Of a stretch of 64,000 bases of DNA, positions 58,109 through 64,000 are shown in pieces. Made by a program: the position numbers and the translations under genes. This DNA comes from Klebsormidium nitens (lineage: Eukaryota; Plantae; Klebsormidiophyceae), in contig DF237347.1 of the NCBI GenBank assembly GCA_000708835.1, positions 22,245 through 86,244 on the forward strand, read 5' to 3'. The notes beneath the pieces are model-generated. The model was given only the letters and a program-made list of their open reading frames with translations, searched no databases and had not been told where the DNA came from. Numbering within the stretch: position 1 is the first letter of the stretch; each line of letters begins with the position of its first letter.

Positions 58109-60086
58109 TCAGTTGCACCGCGAAACTGACCAAAGCCTGCGGTGTAAAATGGAAAACTGCAGACGGAGAGGCGCTGGCTTGGAGAAATAGCTGAACAGCT
58201 GCTTGGGCTGTCCTGGTCGAGGCGGAATCAAAATATCGTCAGAAGGCTTGAGAGCACTTTCGTTGTGTGCCGTTTGCGCCCAGCTGCTGCTGCCCGATTC
58301 TCAACCTGAACTTTTTCAACCGCCGGGTGCTTGAAGGGGGCTTAAGGCTTTAACGCGCGGCGGCTTGTTGTCAGTCCCGTCATTTAAGATTGACAGGAAT
58401 GGCGCCTCCTCTTCAGTCTGCACCCGCCAGTCGGCCGCCTCATGCACGTTGTAAGTGTAAGTTAGCCTTATAATTATAACGTATACTCTTGCAAAAGCGC
58501 CTTCTAGATCTGTAGCGCTCGTTCTTTCTAGGACTAATTAGTCAGCGTGAGTCTCGAGTCCTCGCCTGCAATGTGCACAGAGGAGGGCATTGGTGTGCCT
58601 CGGAATAGTCGACCAACACGAGCCTGCGCGCGCAATTCGGCCAGGACGAGATTGGCAACTGCGGATCGAACCCTTGCGGAAGTTCGGAATCTGCGAAGGG
58701 CTTGACAATCTGCACTTACATCGAAGTAAGGTCAACAGTGGCGACCTGGAACTACGATCCGAGCTTCTTGGTCGCTGGAAAAGGGCGCTACGTGCCTCCT
58801 TAAAGCGTCGACGCGGGGCGACCGGAGGCCCAATGAGCGTGACGTCACGTGTGACAATACACAACTCCGCACCCTTGATCAATCAGTTACTCCACCCTCA
58901 ATTTCTAGGCTTCTCCAGGCCGTACTTACCCTGCGGACTGTCAAATAACTGTCAGGCCTTTTCCTGGCCCGGCCACAGACTTTATGCATCAGGAGGCGCC
59001 GTCTATTTTGACACAACGGGCATCATGCAACAGCCAGGCTCGTCCCTCGCCATCATTGGCCGGCGCAACCGAGATCGAGGACCTCTACCTCAGAAGAAAC
59101 ATGTAGGAGAATTAAACTGGCGGAAAGTGAGTACGGCCTCATGGCGCCCATCTCCAGAAAGGCTGGCGCAACCACAAAGTCTGCAGCTCAAACATTTCCC
59201 ATGGCGGCCACGCATATCATCATCGGGCTGGAATTGTAATTAGAATACGAGCGCTCTCGACATACCTGGCATCAGTGTCACTGCATTCCGCCAAAACATG
59301 TAAAAACAGCCGTCCTTGGAATCGATATTCAGGAGTCACATATGGCTGACTCAGTGAGCTCTGCAGGCCCCGGCGCAGCCCGGCAAATGACTGCTGACTC
59401 CATGGTTTCAACCATACAGACGACTTATTCCTCGATTGGACGGTCACTCTTTGCAGGTCGATCAGTGCCTATCAATACTAGGTTTACGGCCTCATGACGC
59501 AAAATCATTCAGCGCGCACGTACCCAGAGCTTCCGACTGACGGTAATCAAAGTGTAATGATTCTGCGACATTAATGAGACCCCGAAGCAGCTTTCTGGTC
59601 GTTTCAGGCGAAGTTCTTGAGCTCTCGCCGAGAGTCAAAAGGAGATTTGGATTAGGTGGGCATTGCAGTTCATGCGCCCATAATGACTGGACTGATGCCA
59701 CACTAGTTGTGCCCTTTTCCGGCCTTGCTGCAGCCTGGTCCTTTTCAAATGTGCACTGCAGCTGCACTAGTGTCCCATCAAAAATTGTGCGGACTTCGTT
59801 TCGTGATTCCATCAGACCTCGTCAACCGATGGATCGCAGACGAAACGTTGAGCATGGCGTTAGACTGGGCTGCGTCATGATAAGAGCAGAGCAACATCTG
59901 ATATGCACGTCCCTGTTGGATTATGTTCTGGCCCCTGCAAGCTATAGATTATCGACACATTGTGGTTTCTGCCTGGAAGAAGGGCAGTTACCATTTGACG
60001 TCTCTCGCTATGGCCCGGCTGCGTCCATAGAAACACTGCAGTCTTCACTTATGGAAATACGCGCTACTCCGAAGTATAGCAACAAG

Positions 60087-63000
60087 TTACAAATTGAGTT
60101 TCAGCCGCTTCGAGCCAACTTGGGAGTCCCTGTGCTCCTGAAATCGCTTGAAAAGCGGATCGTTGGTGCCTATACTATAGTACAAAGTACGCTTCTGGTA
60201 GTACTCGTGCTCGCCGAAGACCTGAATGAGAAAATACGGTGAAGTAAGGGCCATATCCTAGTTGGAGCAACGTGGCAGAAGGCCGCAGAACTGAAAGGCA
60301 ACTACTATGCGCAAACGCGCAAATGTCCACCATGAGACTCGCAGTCGGCTCGTCCTGCCTTACACTACAGACCTCTCCTTGAAGAGAAGGCTCGAACCAG
60401 AAGTATCTTCGCCTGGCATCCACAAACGATTCCTTCGAACTTGTTGAGAAATGCGCAACCGCTGCTTTCTGGAAAGGGATGGGGAGAAAGCGTCACACTT
60501 CAAGGTTGTCGATGATATCTTCCAGGAGGTGCGCTTTCCCGGCCGCCATGCCGTGACCCTCGTCTAGTTGCAGGTGCGTGATGTGGAGGTGGAAGTGGTA
60601 GTAGCTCGGCTGGTAGTGCACGTAGCACCGCAGCTCATTCGCCGAAGCGCCGTACTTTGACGTGATGGCTTGAGTTGCTTTCGCCCTGCGCGCAGAATCA
60701 CGGGGTACTCTTTAACAACCGCCGGCCACTAATTGAGGGAAATGAAAGGCAGAGAACGTGTCTCTCAGAGTTACTGCGATGCAACAAGGTTGAAATCATC
60801 TGGATGTGGCAGCTTAAACTTACAAACAGCTGCCCCTTTTATGAGCGGCAGTCAGCAGACCTGCGCCTGGACTTCGAGAGCGCTAAACTATGACCTTGGC
60901 AGCTGGGACTCCCGCTGTAATGCGCTCATCAGTCCTGGTGCAATGAAAGCTTCATCAGACGGTCAAGAATTGTCCTCGATGAACGTGTGCGCTGATGGGC
61001 GCCGTTGATCGGAGGCCCGAGCTCGGGCGACGTGTACAGTTGAGATAAGAGGGCGAAGCTACCAGTGCCGACCACAATCCAGACTGCCTTCGCGTGCTTG
61101 ACGTCGGCTACTCACTGCAGATTCTTGAGGAGGGGCAGGTGCGCTGGGGTGAGATCGCGCAGGGAGTGCAGGTCCCGCCGGTGGACGATTGCGACACAGT
61201 GCAGAGAGTCTACCTGCGAGACACACGCAAGCCAGAGTGTTATAAGAAAAGGAAGCTTTCCCCGTGTTGGTGCAGTTCCAAACCTACGAAATCATACATG
61301 AAGCTTCTGAAGCTCCACATTTGACCAGGACGTACGCTCAAAAGGCGACAGCAAGAGAAGACCGGCCGAACAACTTCGTAATCTGCATAAAATCATGAAA
61401 TTTGGCAAGAAGGAAGCGGAAAAGCAGGGAAAGGTAGATTTCGGATGCCGTGGGGGAAAAGAGGAGCATGACCGCAGGTTCGCAGACTTGTTGACAATGA
61501 CTGCGCATCTGGTCTTTGAGAAGCAGCACGGGGGCAAAAGGCTTCGTCACATGCATCCAAGGACCGCTCAGCATCATTTGGATAGCGTTTGCAATTGGAG
61601 TTCTTCCGTCATCTTAGCCCTCTCCCCGTTGACCCCAGCAAATGCGGGGCTTCAACGGGCTAGAGTCAACGATGATCTGGAGCGCTACGAAAGCAGCGTC
61701 TATATCCTCGCAGCTTACTTGTTTCTGGTCCCATTTGAGGTCGGGGTGGAGGGTGAACCCCAGCTGCGGGTCTGGGTCTTCATAAATGAGCCGCTCTGCT
61801 TCCGCCTTTTTCTCCAGGATATTATACACCCACTGTCAGTGACAAATAGACGCGTTGAAGAGGGCTTCCATGAAGCGAACAGCCCAGCGCAAACGCGATC
61901 TTTCAGAAAAGGCCGACTTACTCCAAGGCGGTCGGCCAGTTGATAATGCGGAAGAGGCTTTTTCCGTCTGAGGATCCAAGCAAACACTTGACAGCAAATC
62001 GATGGAAGCCTTTCCATACGAGACTGAAAAGCAGAACGAGTTATGCTCGGTGGGCTGGTCCGTTCGTGGATAACCGTTGGATTGTCGAACGATCTCAGGA
62101 CTTACTTGAATCAGCCCAATCTTCGTTTCACCTTACAACGGAGCTTGTTTCTCACCTGCAGTCGTTCAGCCCCTTGAGACTCAATGTATGGCCGCGTGAC
62201 CGCTGCATAGGCTGCAGCGGTTTCTTTCACGAGCACGGACTTTTGAGTGCTGTACTTGAGGATGTGCTTCTCAGTGGCTGCAAGGAGTCAACGGAAGGGC
62301 CCATGTTTGAAGGGACCCCTGAAGCTGCAAAACAAACGTTCCCTTTGCTTGTCTGTAAAGCGAAACATCCACCCATACTTGGATTGCGAATAGCGGAACA
62401 GAGATTGCTCACAATGTGGAGAGCAAGAATGAGAGAACATTGGATAAACTACAGAGATTTGAAAATCCGAGGATTGATCCCTCGAAGTCCTAGATGCAGT
62501 TGCGAAAACATGATGCACATCAATCCGCCCAAGAGAGTTCACTCTGAAAAAGGTCAGGGTGATGTCAAGAAGAAGGTTCCCTTGTTTCAGGGCATGTTGG
62601 TGAGTATACCTGGATATATGACGTTGACGTTGATTGCGGAGAGGTCTGCCTGGCTCGAAACGCCTAGATACTTGCAGTAGATGTCGTTCTGCACTCAAAA
62701 CTCCTCTTCAGACCAATACCCTTTACTTTCCCCTGTTTCCAAAAAGTATCATTCATTCCTGAGATGACGAACATGTTCAGCATACAGAGACAGCTCCGTT
62801 GCATGTGCCTCAAAGTATGTAGTAAGGCAACGTACTCAACTCTGTATGGCTTACAGCCACCTGCTTTCTCATCACGTAGCCTGTACTGCAACGTCACACT
62901 CATAAATGTTTCTTCCTCTTTCCGGTGCAAATTTTGCCTCCATGGAGACTAAGGGCCAAACCGCCTCCTAATCAGCGGAAAGGAAAACTCACGTGCAGGG

Positions 63001-63964
63001 TGTTTGTGAGGAGGGTGTTCCTGCTCAGCCAGCGGGGGAGCGCCTCCGCGTCAAAATGCTGCCGCTCCAGGGTGACGATAGCCTCACCTGGTTTACCAGC
63101 AAACCTGTACAGAGACTGACTTGTAAGCAACAGACACCAACGCATCATTGTTGGAAGAAAGTTGGTTGGGAGTATATTCTGGACGATGAAAAGCTGCTGT
63201 TTCATCAGACTGGGGCCCTCTTTGGTTAGCTGCTCTTCTGGTAGACCAAAGGGATGGGGTTCTTAGCCTTCCAGCAAATCATAGCCTTTGGATTCTGAAA
63301 CCTTCGATACTATTTGTCCTCACAGCAATTCTGGACAGGTATGAATTCTGTGTTGACTCTAATACCCTGCTTACTGCAGGTTAAGGTGCTTGCTCGCCAG
63401 AAGGGGCACATATCGGGCATGCAGCCATCTACAGATACGGTCAGCATAACCTCCCATCAAGATCGTGTCCAACAATCTGACCTGAGCTGCTCTCCTGGGC
63501 CTTAGAGTTGAACTGATGGTGGTACATTGAAGCCAGGACAGGATTGGGATATCCACCGAACTCTAGTGCTCTCCGATGCACTGTCCAAACACTCATGTAA
63601 TAGCTTCATGATGGAGGTGGTGGTATATCTGGAAAAATACAAGCTCAGTGGCCCCACATTGTTTCTGTTTTTGTTGTTCTCATGAGGCTGCTTAGCTGAC
63701 TATCATGCTGTCCCTCTTGCGAGCCCCTTCCTCCGCAAGACAACAAAGTGCAGGGAACGAGTAAGCTCTAGAGCTCAGGGCTGAAGCTTTGGAGAATGGT
63801 GCATTGAGTGATCCAGCTCACCTTCCCAGGATTGTCACTGTCTTTGTGCGCGCCCCTTCTGACAGGACTCCGTCCACATGAAAGTCCTCAAACGAGGAGA
63901 GGGGCATCGTTTGCAGCTCTGCAGGCGCTACCCCATCGCCATCAGCAGACCCAGCGCCTGCCAT
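60087..63964 (-). CDS. DCPS: Scavenger mRNA decapping enzyme, m7GpppX diphosphatase (~329 aa), complete
   Basis: Exons 63964-63822, 63104-62993, 62688-62610, 62277-62156, 61832-61719, 61213-61116, 60685-60499, 60221-60087 (990 nt). Motifs [46 protein letters not shown] and HIT motif [12 protein letters not shown]. Confidence 0.97.
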
Positions 63965-64000
63965 GATGCTGATCGAATCCTCACGCCTTCAAGGTGTTGC

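Noticed and set aside
58590-60242. Plus-strand ORFs of 217 and 222 aa downstream of DcpS
   Set aside because: No motifs or coding-type bias. The second overlaps the antisense of the last DcpS exon and its probable 3'UTR.

Overview
Eukaryotic, intron-rich genomic DNA: GT-AG introns, pyrimidine-rich ...TGCAG acceptors and GC3-rich exons. Gene content (IRX10-type GT47, FLK/PEPPER-type KH protein, plant-type cap methyltransferase 2, germin, plastid-type N-terminal extension on adenylosuccinate lyase) points to a streptophyte, most plausibly a Klebsormidium-like alga; this is inference. I reconstructed 12 host genes by hand from splice sites and reading-frame phase: 3' part of SAICAR synthetase, a LENG1/CIR-N protein, complex I 24-kDa subunit, a BTB/POZ protein, a 3xKH RNA-binding protein, adenylosuccinate lyase, an mRNA cap N7-methyltransferase with a ~1,045-aa low-complexity tail, IRX10/XYS1 xylan synthase, a germin/cupin, a Lifeguard/BI-1 protein, a small 8-Cys secreted protein and DcpS. 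The most structured accessory feature is a complete ~7.4-kb PIF/Harbinger-superfamily transposon (5604-13019). It has TIRs, an ATT target-site duplication, quasi-palindromic subterminal repeats, an intact spliced DDE transposase and a convergent Myb/SANT-like gene. A CACTA element (36-bp TIRs, TCA TSD) is nested in an intron of that Myb-like gene. No tRNA, rRNA or CRISPR features were found. Family names come from recalled motifs, not database searches.
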